Assembly: GCA_001179505.1 (NCBI GenBank)
Contig: CDMY01001000.1
Coordinates: 1 to 64,000 of the forward strand
Length of the DNA stretch: 64,000 nt
Source of the DNA: Vitrella brassicaformis CCMP3155
Lineage: Eukaryota > Protista > Chromerida
Direction of reading: 5' to 3'
In this document: positions 8,442-22,100 of the stretch, piece after piece
Position numbering within the stretch: the stretch's first letter is position 1
Layout of the letters: each line of letters starts with the position of its first letter
Notes under the pieces: generated by a model
Seen by the model: the letters and a program-made list of their open reading frames with translations, nothing else
Databases searched by the model: none
What the model was told of the DNA's origin: nothing
Program-made: the position numbers and the translations under genes

Positions 8442-11400
8442 TCATGTGTAGAGAATGGCCTCGTGGCCGGCGTCTCGTGCGGCCGTGGGCATGATGTTGT
8501 CTGCTCGTGAGATAGCGAGCAGCACTGCGGCAAAGGTGAGGGCGTCGGAGGACCAGTAGGGGAAACCCTGGGTACCTGCATGCATCGGGAGACATGGAGC
8601 GATGAATGGATCGATGTGTGTGGGGTTTAGGCAGAGTCACATACCTTCGCCGTTGAAGCCGCCGAATTCTGTGGGTGTGGTGATGTTGAAATGAGGCTGG
8701 GACACCATCACCTCATACTCATGCCTATCACACATAAACACACACACCCATGGGCAAACGCACATGCGTCTTCATGTTTGTATGTTACTTGGGAATGATG
8801 CCCGAGACGGCCAGTGTGGACCCCCATAGGAACCGGAGAATGTGCGTCGTGTTGACGTCATACTGGCCGAGTAAAGACACACACACAGGAGCGCACATCT
8901 GTCTCTTGTGTTGCGTGTTGTGTGGGATGTGGTGTGTGGTGCATACGATGGTTCCGTTCGGGGCCATGTAGAAGTTTGTCGGGTAGAAGAAGGGCACAGT
9001 CTGACCACACACACACACAGCGAGGCATCAGACACACTGACAGGTACGTGTACACACGCCCATACTACATGTGTGTGGCTGGGGCTTACTGTAATGCCCT
9101 TCATTGATCCCGAGAAGAATGCGTTGCCGGTTGGGAAGGCCCCAGAGAAAGTGTACCGCCGCAGCCATCCACACGACTCGCCCACAATACTCACCACCTT
9201 CGCTGGCGTATCTGCTCCAATTGATACGTACACATTGTGATGCGCGTCTCTCTGTTGTGTGCTGACTATATCACCTGATCGCCATTTCAGTGGTCCGAAC
9301 TTGCCGGTCGCCTCCTTCCCTTCCCCTGGTGCTGCAGTGGGATATGTCCAGATCTACACGCACGAAGCATCAACCGACCTGTATGTATGCAGGAATGCGC
9401 CCTTCGTGTGTGTGGGTGTCTAGGTACGTTTAGCAGCGTGTTGATGGCCTGTGCGGTGCTGAAAATGCGGTCCTCGCACTTGGGCCGCGGACGGCCGTAC
9501 ACATCCCGATCGCCGTTGCCCAAGAAGTCATCCTGCGCCCATCCATGTGCGTATGATCTGGTGTCTCCCTCTGGTGGTGTGAGTCTGTCGTAGGTACCCA
9601 GTATGCCCAGTGCTTCTCGGGTTTGGGCATGAAGGGGTTCGGATTGTTGCCTACAGGCAGCCATGCAGCCATGCAGCCATGCAGCCATGCAGCCAGCCAT
9701 CCATCGGTATCAGTGTGTGTCGCTAACCGTCTGGAATGGGCTCTCTGGTGACCTGGTCCAGCAGCCACTGTGTCGCCTTGGTGCGGTACACGTGGCCCAA
9801 TGCACGCTGATCGCACACAGATGGACACAGAGAGAGAGACGTGGCTGGCATCTCCGCGTGTGCAGCTCTGTCGGCACCTGTGTGTGTTTTATGAAATCTG
9901 GCAGTGTCTGTGTGCGGCCGTTGTGCAGCGAGGGGTCGGTGTACCGGTCCAGCTTGGCCACAATGCGCGAAGACATCCTGACGCCGACGCGAATGGCCAC
10001 AAATGCGGATGCCCACACACACACACACACACACACACAGATGTGTGTGTGTGTACCATAGGAAGTTGTATGCCGATGGGTAGTAGAGGAGAGCGATGTC
10101 TCGCCGAGCGAACGCGCGGCCTGAAAGAGGGACACACAGATGTTTCTTCTCCCTTACAGATGTTTTTTCTCCTTCNNNNNNNNNNNNNNNNNNNNNNNNN
10201 NNNNNNNNNNNNNNNNNNNNNNNNNNNNNNNNNNNNNNNNNNNNNNNNNNNNNNNNNNNNNNNNNNNNNNNNNNNNNNNNNNNNNNNNNNNNNNNNNNNN
10301 NNNNNNNNNNNNNNNNNNNNNNNNNNNNNNNNNNNNNNNNNNNNNNNNNNNNNNNNNNNNNNNNNNNNNNNNNNNNNNNNNNNNNNNNNNNNNNNNNNNN
10401 NNNNNNNNNNNNNNNNNNNNNNNNNNNNNNNNNNNNNNNNNNNNNNNNNNNNNNNNNNNNNNNNNNNNNNNNNNNCCCGTGTGTGCGCGTGATACCACTT
10501 GACACAGCCCACTCGACAAGCGAAGACGTGTTGCGATACAAACGCACCAGGGAGTCTGTACAAGAAGACAGACACTCGTATGTTTCTGTGTGGCCACCCA
10601 TCAGACGTGCTCATCGATTTACATACCGTAGGTGTGTGAATCGATCCCCTCCAGCAGGTGTGGCAGGTCGAGGACGGCCCCCGTCACACCCATCAACACG
10701 TTCGCACACACAGTCAGATCAACGTTGTTGACCTGCATTGCGTTGACACAAACACAGACACATGATTGCGTGTTGATATCTTCCCCTCCCTCTATCTCCT
10801 TGACTCTGAAAGGCATGTCGACGCCCAGTGGCCCTGTGCGGCGTGTCTCAGTCAGATTGGACACCTACATACCCAAATGAACATGGACAGACACATGCGT
10901 GTGAATGGATGAATGGATAGATGGATGGATGGATGAGTGAACATACCCATGTGGTGGCGATCGCGAGGTTGTGGTCCTTATGGTGATGCCACAGGAACTC
11001 CTTCAGCCAGAAGTAGGACCGGGCGTCGATCGTGTTCTGGGTGAGGGAGAGGGAGGACACACACGGACAGATCGAATGCGTGTGCGTATGTGTGCATACG
11101 TGGTCAGGGATTTTGGCTGAAGGTCTGTATGAGTATAGCAGCAGGTTGTTGACGAAGGAGGACAGCTTGTTGTTGTGGGAAGACCTGGACGGACAAAGAT
11201 AGAGAGACACGAGCGCGTGTCCATTGATGGGTGTATGGATGCACAGGTCTGTCCATAGCTTCGCTCGCACCATTGTTGGTATTGCTGTTTCATCATGCCC
11301 CTGTCAGCCGCCTCTTTCAGAAGACCACCTGCACACACACACACCCCGACAGAGACACACGCATATGTCACCAGCTGCCTCTCTGTGTGTATGAACACGT

Positions 11401-12527
11401 GTGCACCCAGGCCCAGGTTGACGGATGAGTCATCGAAGTCAGGTGTGATCTGAAACACCCGGACTGCCGCACTGACACACACGCAGAGAGATCACCTACG
11501 CCTTGCAGGCATCCGTCCCCACTCAGTGTACCTCCACGACACGAGGTTGCCCAGCCCGACGATGCTGAGCATCTTCTGCAGCAACTTACGCTGCCAATCA
11601 TACGGCAGCTTCTGCACACACCACATGCCACATACACACATGAAGACATCCACATACACACATGTGTGTGGACATGCACACCTGTGGAAGGGTGATAGCT
11701 GCGTCGAGGTTGTCAGGAGTGGGGTACCACAGACCACTGCTGTCATTCCTCGCCTGAGGCCAAAAGTAAAAGATGCCTGGACAACAAAAGCAGACAGCTT
11801 GGTGCATGAGTGCTGGTCGCTTTGTTTGTTCCATCTCACTGTCCGACCTTCCCCGTGGTGTTTGTTCTTGTCGGCGTACTCATGGATGCGATCCAACGCC
11901 ATAAACATCTGCTCGTCACTCAATGACTCCCCGTCTGTCACACACAGTTGCACACAGTTGCCATGTATGTCCGTGTGTGTGCATATGATGGTGGCGTCGT
12001 CGTGCCTTGCCTTTGTCTGTGTCGGTTTTGCCGAACATCTCCCTCTCTGCCAACATGGTGGTCACCCACAGAGTGACAAAGGCGTTGTTGTCCGGGCAAG
12101 GAATATGTCGCTGAACCGCAAAACGGGGCGGGCCGTGGTAATCTGACACACGCACACACAAGCCACACGCACGGTATGATGAAGGCAATGGCCCGCTCTG
12201 CCTCCCTATTCCACGTGTGTGCCGCGTACACAGGTGTATTTGGCTCATGTATCCGCCCTTCCTCCTTCGCCAGCTGACAAGGGGCACCGCATAGCTGTCT
12301 GTCTTCACCTGCAACCGACGGATCTTCCGCGCCAGCACATCCACAAACTCACCCGGACCACCGTGGAAGCCCCGCAATGCCTCCTCGTCCGCGTCGTGGG
12401 CCGACAGCCTTTCACCGTCCTTGATGGCGGGGCTGCCGTGTTTGTCGTTGTCTGGGTGGCGTAGGATGACGTGTGAGCCAATGAGGAGCGTCAGAGTGCC
12501 GCCAAGCAGCCATGATGTGGTCCACAT
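8442..12527 (-). CDS. Large multi-exon conserved protein of unknown function, probably secreted or membrane-anchored
   Basis: The N-terminus is hydrophobic (MWTTSWLLGGTLTLLIGSHVIL). Exons spliced by eye give SYFWLKEF, VNNVDLTVCANVL, DIALLYYPSAYNFLW, DDFLGNGD, EDRIFSTAQAINTLLNIW, NAFFSGSMKG, VPFFYPTN and FPYWSSDALTFAAVLLAISR. One gap lies inside. Confidence 0.75.
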
Positions 12528-12604
12528 CGCCGTGTCAAGGAGGAGCCGGCAGATCACCGCAAGACAGAGAGAGAACGAAGCGGGCGCCGGCAATCGTCAA
12601 AGCA

Positions 12605-14114
12605 ATGGATCTCAACGCCATCGACGGGAGGGTCCTGGGGCCAGACGACCCGAAAAATGCGAGCTTAGATCGGAAGCTAAGCCCGCAGCCCCGTTTTCCT
12701 CCGGGCTCCTCCTCTCCTGTCAGGAGCAGCAAGACCCCGGCACGTGAAGGGCTGAGAATCGTTGTTGAGTTGCGCGCGGAGGCGATTGCCCCCCTCCATG
12801 AAAGGCGGCTGCTGACGCAGACTCTGCCACCTCGCCGCCTTTGCAGTGGTGGTTTTGAGCATTGGTCTTGTTTCGGCCGATGGGAGATGCTACGGGGCCG
12901 AAGAAATGGTACGTGCCTGCACTTTCCCCCTGAATGAGTGGATGTTACTGCCATCTCTATCCTTCCCTCAGGGCGTGCGATGTGGTCAAGCAGGATAACT
13001 GGTGAGCTGCAATCAGTGTGGTCTCTCCCCTCTCGTCTGTTATCCTTCTCCACACAACACACCGCCTCTATCTCTCTCTCTCGTTGGCCCCCCTTTCCCC
13101 CCCGCCCCCCTCCCTCTGTGCCAGGTGGCGCTATTTGTGCAAGAAGGAGGACCAGCGCAGCAGGATGCACCCGGCCTACTGGAATGCCATCGGCTACGAC
13201 CTCGACCTCAACAACCCTTCGGCGTACGACCCCATGACGCTCAAATACTTCAACACACGCTTCAGGGAAGAGACCGTTGCTGGCAAGGGGAGGGCTGTGA
13301 AGAAGGAGGGCGGGCCGTCGCTGACTTGTCCGCCCATCGAGGGTGTGAAAGGCGCCACTGCCACGGCCACCAATGGGAAAGGTGGCCATGTGAAGAGAGA
13401 GAGAGAGAGAGAGAGAGAAGAGAGAGACAAGCACGTCTATGTGGCTGTCTGTGTCTCTGTTTCATCTAGGCACGTCTCGCGACACCCAGCCTCTGTCTCA
13501 GTCCTCTATTCTATCCAATGACGCCCACTACATGGCGGCAGTGAGAGACACGCTGCGGTACGTCGCCGATGACATCGACAGACACATGGGCACCAGGGGG
13601 GCGGGGTCGGGCAAGAAGGTGATCCAGCGGCCTCTCACGGCGCATCCGCATGGGCACCTGGCGAGCAACAGCCGATATGGCAAAGATGCGCAGACACAGA
13701 GACCTCCCAGCAGGTGTGTATTGGTCACCAAAAGGCGCAACGTAACGAAGGCGCCTGCCCATGTCGTCACGTTGCTGCAGGCTCGGTGCTCGCACTGGGG
13801 CCGCTGGTGGCGGCATAGACATGCTCAACGCCAAGCTGGCGCGGCCCCGCTCCTTCCCCCAGACCAACACGGAAAAGAAAGAAGGCAAACAGACAGAGAA
13901 AGGGAAGGACAACGACCCGCCACCCACCATCGACACAGCCGCACTGAAACACTCATTTCCGCCTCTGTCCGACTTTTCCGGGGCCGGGACGGCCTCAATG
14001 CTGGCCCAGTACCGGCCCAAGACGGTTGGCCGACGGCCTGCGCCACCATATGCGGATCCGCGCAACTCGCAGCAGGTGCAGAAGGTGCTGCAGAGTGTCA
14101 TGAACTGCCTGTAG
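12605..14114 (+). CDS. Hypothetical multi-exon protein
   Basis: Coding-like exons MDLNAIDGRVLGPDDPK..., WRYLCKKEDQRSRMHPAYWNAIGYDLDLNNPSAYDPMTLKYFNTRF... and ...RPAPPYADPRNSQQVQKVLQSVMNCL*, separated by microsatellite introns. Confidence 0.6.
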
Positions 14115-14691
14115 CACGAGGGCAGGATGCATGGCTAGGTGGGTGGATGGATGGTGAGGAGAGGCGAGCGAGGCGATTGATCGGTCGGCAATTTTGATGG
14201 AGGATGTTTGTGCCGGTTGGTTGGTTGGTCGGTGTTTCGGGAGGTGTAGGGACGTCTGGGGGGGCGAAAATGAGGATTTGTGGCGGTGTGGTGGATGGAC
14301 GCATTTATGGAACCATGAGTGGACTGACTGGGTTGAGTGGATGAGTGAGTGATCAACCCTTATACACACTCATGGATGAGTCCGTGAGTCGGCGGCACCA
14401 TGCACAGTGTCAGGGAACGGCCGAGTGTGTCACACACGCTCGCATCTCATACGCACCAGACACCGACCAACACCCACACAGCGGCCGCTCTTGCCCACCC
14501 ATTGCATTGTATAGACACAAACACACGACCAGGAACCACACAACCTCACAAAACACACATTTCGTGTGATCGATAGCTCGGTACATTAAATGGGATACCA
14601 CACATTTCGCCCTCTAAGACACACATCGCTGCCTGGCCGTCAGTGGCTAATCAGATGGACAGCCCCCACGTGTGTGTGTGTGGTCTCTCTC

Positions 14692-15328
14692 CTACTCTAT
14701 GCTGACCAACCGCAGCTGAACGTAGGGGGAATAAGATCCGGCTGGCTCTATGATTTGCCTCGTCTCCCCCTCCCGCATCGACAGAACCGCCTCACGCCAC
14801 CAATCACGCTCATCAGACACACGAGTCACCACCCCATGGAAATCGTAGCTTTTGTCCCGGCCGTTGAATCCATCACTCCAACCGATCTCGTCGTGCTTGA
14901 TGCGGTCGTTGAGTGTCGGCACTCTGCCGGTGCCCTCCGTGACGATGCGATACCGGGCGCCAGACGGGAGGCGCACGTAGCCGTCAGGAATGTTGTCGCC
15001 ATTGCTGGCCGCCGCCCCGTCGCCTCCCGCCGCTGGTGCTGCTGCCGCTGCCGCTGCCGCTGCCGCTGCTGGCCCGCTGTGCTGGTCTTCTTGACGGCGG
15101 CGCTTCGAGCCGACAGATGACCTGACACACAAGAGGGCAGCCATGCAACTTTTACTTGATTGGCGTGAGGATAACCCACTTGTCGTCGATGCAGTGGATG
15201 ATGCGGTTGTGTAACGATTTCTTGATGGCCACGCGGCGGCCATTGACCTCGAACTCATAGCCGCCGTTGCCATCCTCATACACGAAATGGCCACCAACTT
15301 CAAACAATCCGACAAGGCGGTCGCTCAT
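14692..15328 (-). CDS. Family gene B: N-module + KRRR linker + poly-Ala + degenerate FKBP-like domain
   Basis: MSDRLVGLFEVGGHFVYEDGNGGYEFEVNGRRVAIKK...IDD(K), phase-2 intron, then SSVGSKRRRQEDQH...LPSGARYRIVTEGTGRVPTLNDRIKH...LSMREGETRQII...QLRLVSIE*. Confidence 0.8.
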
Positions 15329-15428
15329 GGTGCCCTCCCTCTCTGGACACACACGCACAGACACACGATGACTGACGTCATTCACCCTCACTGATTCCCT
15401 CCACATCCCGCTTGAGTTCACCTTCCGT

Positions 15429-15470
15429 GCAGATCTGCAGATCTGAAGTGGTCCACATCTGCAGATCTGC
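15429..15470. promoter_or_regulatory. Nested palindrome in the ~190-bp region between divergent genes B and the Tle1-like gene
   Basis: GCAGATCTGCAGAT (15429-15442) and ATCTGCAGATCTGC (15457-15470) form a perfect 14-bp inverted repeat. A regulatory role is inferred from position only. Confidence 0.35.
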
Positions 15471-15516
15471 ATTCAAAAGCTCGCACTGCCGGTGGGGGCC
15501 GATTGCGCCTCTTGCA

Positions 15517-17313
15517 ATGACCATGACGACGCTGACATTCTGCAGCGCATTCCTCCTCGCTCTCCGACTGGGAGCAGCGTCGTCCATCATCTGCCAGGAA
15601 GCCGATTGTCAATTCTTCGTTTCGGCAGAACAGTCGGTGCAAAGGTCGTCAGCCGCCCGTCACCACAACGTGATCGTACTGTTCGATGGGAGCGGCAGGA
15701 ACAGGGACAAGGAGAGGCCCGAGGAATATAGCAACATCGCCCTATTGGCCGACACCATCCACCAAGGTGGCCACACAGGTAGTTGGCCAGTACGGCCTGC
15801 AGCAGAACGATGGATGGATGGATGGATGGCTGCAGGTGGGGTGGAGGAAGTGGTCAAGTATTTCCCCGGTGTCGGCACCGAGAGGGTGGCCGAGCTTAGT
15901 GAGCGCTTCGTCGAGACGGACAAGAAGCTCGGGGGCCAGAAGTGGTGGGCTGGGGTGCGAGACTCCGTCGCTTTCCTGACCGGCGCAGGCTTCACCAGCA
16001 ACGTCTTGAACGCCGTACGTGAGGGAAGCTAAAAGCAGACGGGCAGACAGGCAGACAGACAGACAGACAGACAGAGAGAATCCTTCGGGCTGGCTGGTTG
16101 GATGTTTATGTGTGCAGGTCAGTTGGCTGATGGAAATCGGACTGACGAAGCACGACCAGCTGTTCATATTTGGCTTCTCTCGAGGCGCGCTGCAGGCCGG
16201 CTGCTTCAAGGTCATCCGTGCCTTATACTCACTGCCACTGTGTCTCTGTCTCTGTCTGGTATGCCTGCAGGCCTCCTCTTCACCTTTGGCTTGCCTGCTG
16301 ACAGAGAGGAGTTGACCTTCTTGCGGGAGAAAAAGAACAAGTGGTCCCTTCTGCATCGCTATGAGTATACGCAGCCTGGTGGGATGGGCGCGTCCTACAT
16401 GGCGGAGGATGACCGCAAGAGGGCCACAGGCTTTCTCGGTCTCTTCGACGCCGTCGCCGACACAATATCGCTCAAATACGATGTCACGAGTGCGTTGCGC
16501 ATCTCGAAATAGAGAAGAGCCATACCTCGGCGGTCGATGCAGATGGATGGATGTGTGGTTTGCTTCATTTAGAGCTGGTTCTGGATGTGGCACCGACAAC
16601 AGACCATGTCTACCATGCCATCTCTCTGGACGAGCGAGTGGGTGAGTGCAGGTCCATGCAAGTCGGCACACAGAGAGAGACACATGTCCGTGTCCTCCGC
16701 AAGCTTGTATCCAGGCAAAGGGGCACTTTCGACGCATTTTCCATCGCCTTTAAGCCTTCTGCCTACGAGACGGAAAAGCCAACATACTCGACGGTGAAGG
16801 GACAGGTGAGCAAAGTCCCATCTAAGAGCGACGCCGCAACTCCATCGTCCATCGTGCCGTCAGGAGCCACACATCGAAAACGTTTGGTTTGAAGGTGATC
16901 ACAGTGACGTGGGCGGCGGCTATCCCGAAGGTGATCGCCTCGCTTATCTACCACTCCGGTAAGACGAACAGGGCACACAAGAAACTATGGCAGCTCTCTG
17001 TTGCATTGACAGTGGCCTGCCTGCCTGCCTGCCTGCCTGCTGCTTACCTGCCGCCTGTCTCTCTCTCTCTCTCTGACTTCGATCAGGTGGATGCTGGAAA
17101 AAGCTGAGTCTGCGGGCCTCAAGCTGATTGACAATTGGCAGAAGCGCATCCCTACCTACATGGACCTCCTCACAGCTACAGCGCACGACAAGTCAAGTGA
17201 AGCAACATGGAAAGTGAGTGTGAGCAATTCCTCGACAACGGTCGATCAGTGTACTGTGCACTCACTCACTGTGCGCGTATCGAATGACTCCATCGATGGG
17301 AAGGTGCACTCAC

Positions 17314-17350
<37 letters not shown>

Positions 17351-18072
17351 TGTGTGTTTCTCGGTGTTTTGTGCAGTCTCAGGTGTCGAAGGCTCCTTTG
17401 GTCGAGAAGGCCTGGAACGACATGAGAAAGCAGGCTGTCGAAACAAGGCCTCGAGGAACCTTCAAATGCTTTTTCTCCGCCATGAATGTCCAAAAGATCG
17501 CAAGACCACTGCTGCATCGATTCGTCCTCGACCGCTTCCATCTCCGGTAGGCACGGATACACGCAAGCAATCTGTGCGTGTGCACATGTCTCTCTCCGTC
17601 TTTATGTGTGCCTGGCCGATCGATGCGATCGATCAGGATGGAACTGCCTCGCTCGTTGTGCTGCCAGCACTTTCCCCTTATCGACAGGCCGCTGTACTCG
17701 GACGAGAAAGCCAATGAGCCAACCGATCATGTGGCCAACACGATCCGCTTCGTCCCGAAGGGGACACGTCCGGACGGTCTCGAGGAATACGACATCGAGA
17801 CCAAGACGACCGGTGGCACACTGATGATCTATCAGGTGCTCTTCACGCCCGCCGAGCCTGTCAGCATCCCCATCAAGTTCGCCGATGACACGTGGCATGC
17901 AGTGTCCAGCTCGCCTACCTGCCAGGCTGACCACTTGCTGTTGGCGTGCTGTGTGACGGAGCGCATGAGGCCGACGTGCAATGTGCACGAGCTGCAAGGC
18001 GAGATGGAGAGATTTCAGAGAGCCACGAGTAAGAGGGAGCAGCTGTGCAAGGCCAGACACCCGTCGAAGTGA
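15517..18072 (+). CDS. Secreted Tle1-like (DUF2235) alpha/beta-hydrolase, multi-exon
   Basis: Signal-peptide-like MTMTTLTFCSAFLLALRLGAASS, followed in order by IVLFDGSG, YFPGVGT, IFGFSRGA (Ser), FLGLFDAV (Asp), HAISLDE and ENVWFEGDHSDVGGGYPE (His). These are the canonical DUF2235 motifs. Confidence 0.9.
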
Positions 18073-19116
18073 TTAAATGAGACACACGCGAGAACCCACC
18101 AGCCATGCAGCATGAGAGACACAACAGACTCCTGCGATCGATCCTTGGTGTTGTCTGAATCTGCGTGGGAGAGGCGAGGGGGAGATTTGAGTGAGTGAGT
18201 GAGTGAAAGACGGAGGCTACTTGACTGAGACAGGGGATGGGAGGCACATCCCCACACACGAATGGCAGAGGCGAAGGAAAGAGGAGGAGAGATGGGCCCA
18301 CGAGACCAGCCAGGGCCGATCAGCCAGCTGGTGCACTTGGCTAACGTATTCCCTACATGCCTGTCTGCATGCGTATGCATCCACCCGTCTCTCGCCCTGC
18401 CTGTCTGCTTCGGGCGGCCGGCTACATTTGTCAACCCCCTATTGTGCTAGCTGCCTGCATGACAAAGATGGTGCCAGCCAGCCAGCCAGCCAACCAAGCA
18501 GCAGTTCAATCAGTCAGGCTTTCGCCGGTGCTACCTGAGGGCCGATCTAGCCAGAAAGACAGACCGGCCTGCAGCTGCCATGTCGCCACCGGTGCACGTG
18601 GAAGTGCTTGGTGATCTCGCGCCACGTCGAACAGAGTCAAAGTACATGCCTCTGGTGGCGTGAGGAGGAGAGAGGGGCTGCCGCCGCCTCACCATCGATC
18701 GACCCCTTTTGACTTGGCTGAGTGGCTTGTTCAGAGGCCGAAGTGACTGGCGTACATGCGAACACACTGTGTGTCTGTCTGTCTGTCTGTGTTGATGTGC
18801 ATGACCGTATGCGTGTGTCTCTGTCCATGTGTTGTGGATTTGATCCGAGCACCGTGGACCACACACATCCCGACCCTCCATTCAAAACTTTAAGTGTATC
18901 TCTGTCTGTCAAACTGACAAAGTGGTTGCACGGCGCACATGCAGCCATGCGCTGTGTCGACGTTCATCCAGCCGCCAGAAAGCACTAGCAAGTTTCGAAG
19001 CTGAATGGGCGTCACCCAAATTGAGGCACGTCGGCACTTGATGTCTGAGTCTGCATCGACCATTCATCACGTTTGGGTGGCTGCTTTTCACCCAGTCACT
19101 TGGTGTCCCACGCCGC

Positions 19117-22100
19117 CTATTTGATCTTCTCCTTGATGTATGTCTCCAGTGCCGTCAGTCGCTTGTCCATTTGTTTTTCCATTTGTTCTTGGTGTGTCCG
19201 CATCTCCCGCAAGGCTGAGGTGCAAAGCAAATAAACACAGCAATCAATGCGGTGCAGAGAGTGTTCTGTCACCTCTGCCGCGTATTGATTGTCTGACTGC
19301 GTCCGTGTCTCACCTGCCATGACGTCAGGTACGCTCGAGTCGTGATGGTCTGCCGCCTCAATCCACTTGTCGATGCTGTCTTTGAATCTGTCCCTTGCTT
19401 CGTCCCTTGCTTTTGTGGCCAGCTCCGGGCTGTCACTTTCGGTGGCCTCAAAAGTAAAACTCGGCCCCTACCCGAACATTCCAGAGAAATGAGAAGACTT
19501 CACAGTTCCCTGTCTTGTCTCATCTCGCGTGTCTTGTAGCCTCACTTCTTGGACGATGTCGCACAGAAGAATAAAGGGCGTCAGGAGGACGATGAAGGGA
19601 AAGCACAGTACAAAACAGTACCTCCCCCCCCGTATCATTTGTGGAATTAGCTCCAGCAGTTTGTAAATGGTCACGGGTGTGAAGGCGACAAAATGTAGGA
19701 GTGCGTCGATGGTGGAGTAGAGGGCTTTCATCACACAGAAGGCAATGCGGCAGAGTACATAATGACGTCGCCCTTGTCCGCTTATGAGGGAGGCGATGAG
19801 GGAGGCGAGATATCGCAAGGGCCCCGAGACGACCACAGCTGCACCGACACAGAGGTTACCCACATGCCATGGATGCGGCTCATGTCTTTTTGTCGCACTG
19901 ACCGATAAGGTTCAATGGCGGCGGCAGTCTTTCGTGGTGCGGCATTGTCAGGTACTCATTCAACACTCGAATCCGCAGCAGCCTGCAGAGGTGAGCGGAG
20001 AGAGAGAGCCGTTACAAATTAGCCGCTGTCATCTGTCTGTCCGTCTCCCTTGGTTGTCTTTACTTACTGGTATTGGGAGCTTTGCTTCTCCTCAATGGCC
20101 GCATACGTCGACGCCTGACGCGCACAGAGAGACAGACACAAAGTGAGCCGCTGTGTGATACCCTCTCGGGTCTGTCTCACCATAATCGCTATGAGCAGAT
20201 TGAGCTATTGATGTGGGCAGAGAAAGGGAGAGAGAGAGAGAGAGAGAGAGACAAGACAAGAGAGTGCATGAGTGCCATTGGGTGGTGCTCTTGTACGAGT
20301 ATGATGGACGAGAGGATGACATAGGTGAACAGCAGGACGGTCCCCAGCGTGTCGTGGCTCTCGATGGCGTTGTTCAGCGCCTCATTGAAGTCGCCCTGTC
20401 CGGCATAGAAACTGCACAACACAAGAAGGCGGAAAGGGCAGGCAAATTGAGGGCAGGTGTCCCCTTATCTGTGTCTTCTCATGGGCTGCCATGCTCACAG
20501 TGTGAGTGTGGCTTTGGCGAAGGAGCCGAAGTACTGATGGTCTTCGTCGGATGAGAGGATGGTGAAGACGCCCGCGCAGATCAGCAGGATGTAGACGTAC
20601 AGACACAGAAACATGCTGATGTCCGAAAACATCCTCACAACAGCGCTGACACACACACCGAGTGGCACAAGACCGCATGAGACCCATCTCCCTGTGGCTG
20701 TGTGTGTAGTTGGATGGCTTTCTCACTGACAGTATAAGCGGTCCGACGGTTGGATGCAGGCTGGCGGGTTGGAGGAGGCGCAGGGCAAAGAGCAGCGCTA
20801 TGACGATTCCTGAGCTCACTTCCGCCTCGGCGAGTATCTCAAGAAGTGGACGGCAATAAAGGCGATGATGGAGACGCCGCTTGCGAAATCCACGTAATTC
20901 CTTACATTTGTGCACACACATCAACAGTACAGATGAATTCGGGCACTCATGGTACACCATGCCCGATAGTTTACCACAAGTCGGCCCAGTACGCTGCCTT
21001 CAGCCGGATGCCCTGCACACACACACACAGGGGATGGTGCATGTCAGCCATGTCTCGTCGTCTGTCTTACTTGGAAGGCTTCCTGCATCAGGAAGCCCGT
21101 GCCCGTCAGCAGAGCCAGAGCCCCCCACAGCCACACCGACTGGCCCATTACGGCCACCTCAATCCCGCTGTTTCCTCGGATCAACTCGATGTGCAGCAGA
21201 ACAAAGGCCACCCTGCAACGCAGAGAGACAGAAGAAGAGTTGCCATGTGTGTCCGGCTCCATCATGCTGTTTGACTGCCGACTCACATCAGCAGCATTGA
21301 CAGCACTCGGGTAATGAAGACATCTCGGGGCGCAATCCGTGTGAGCGCTTTATCTGATGGTGGATACCAGTGCTCTGTGACGAGGGAGATGCAGTTGGCT
21401 GCCGCAACCATTGCCAGAAGGAAGGAGGAGACACCATCGAACTGACCGGAAATGGCAAATCCCTTGTGCGGGCTACCTTGTGTGACGACAGTGAGGGGCT
21501 CTGCAGACTCGAGCAGGGCAAACCACTCTCTTTCTTTGCCACGGAGTGACCGTCCGAAGTCCCCTGCGCTGGTATCGCCGCAGAAAGTCGCTGTGAGCGC
21601 CTGCAGCGATCGGATGTTCAGATGCAGAAGTGGAAGATACTGTGCGTGTTAAGCATTCTTTGCCTCCTGAAAGTTGGAGATCTTCTCAAAGTCACTGCAC
21701 GTTACACATGCAGAGATTCACATTGCTCTTCCTTCCTCGCCATTCACTCGTACTCTGTGAGGGAGTCGCTCGGTCGTGACTTGATCAGTTTGCGGAAGAA
21801 GGCACACCAGCGAAGACTGTCGAGGCCCAGCGACTCAGAGCGGTCCTTCAGGAACCCCTTCGTGAAGGGCACCACCTCTTTGAGACGCTGAGCGTCCATA
21901 CCGTCAATTTCCGCGCCTCGCTCGAGCAGCTTCATGGCGACGTCCCCAGCCGCGACAACAATCGCAGGGACGACTCTCGGTTGTTTCGCAAGGGCAAAGT
22001 CGAGAGGCGTCCTTCCGCCCTGCCAGAGTCATAACCAGAAACAATATCGATATATAGCTTGTCTAGGTGCGGTGCAGCCTACCGTGTTTTTGATCTTCAA

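Noticed and set aside
9657-9700. (CAGCCATG)n and other short tandem repeats (38720-38750, 40780-40830, 41390-41425)
   Set aside because: Simple intronic or intergenic slippage repeats with no further structure.
18072-19116. Short ORFs between the Tle1-like and TRP genes, and at 59400-60800
   Set aside because: No recognisable motifs or consistent exon chain.
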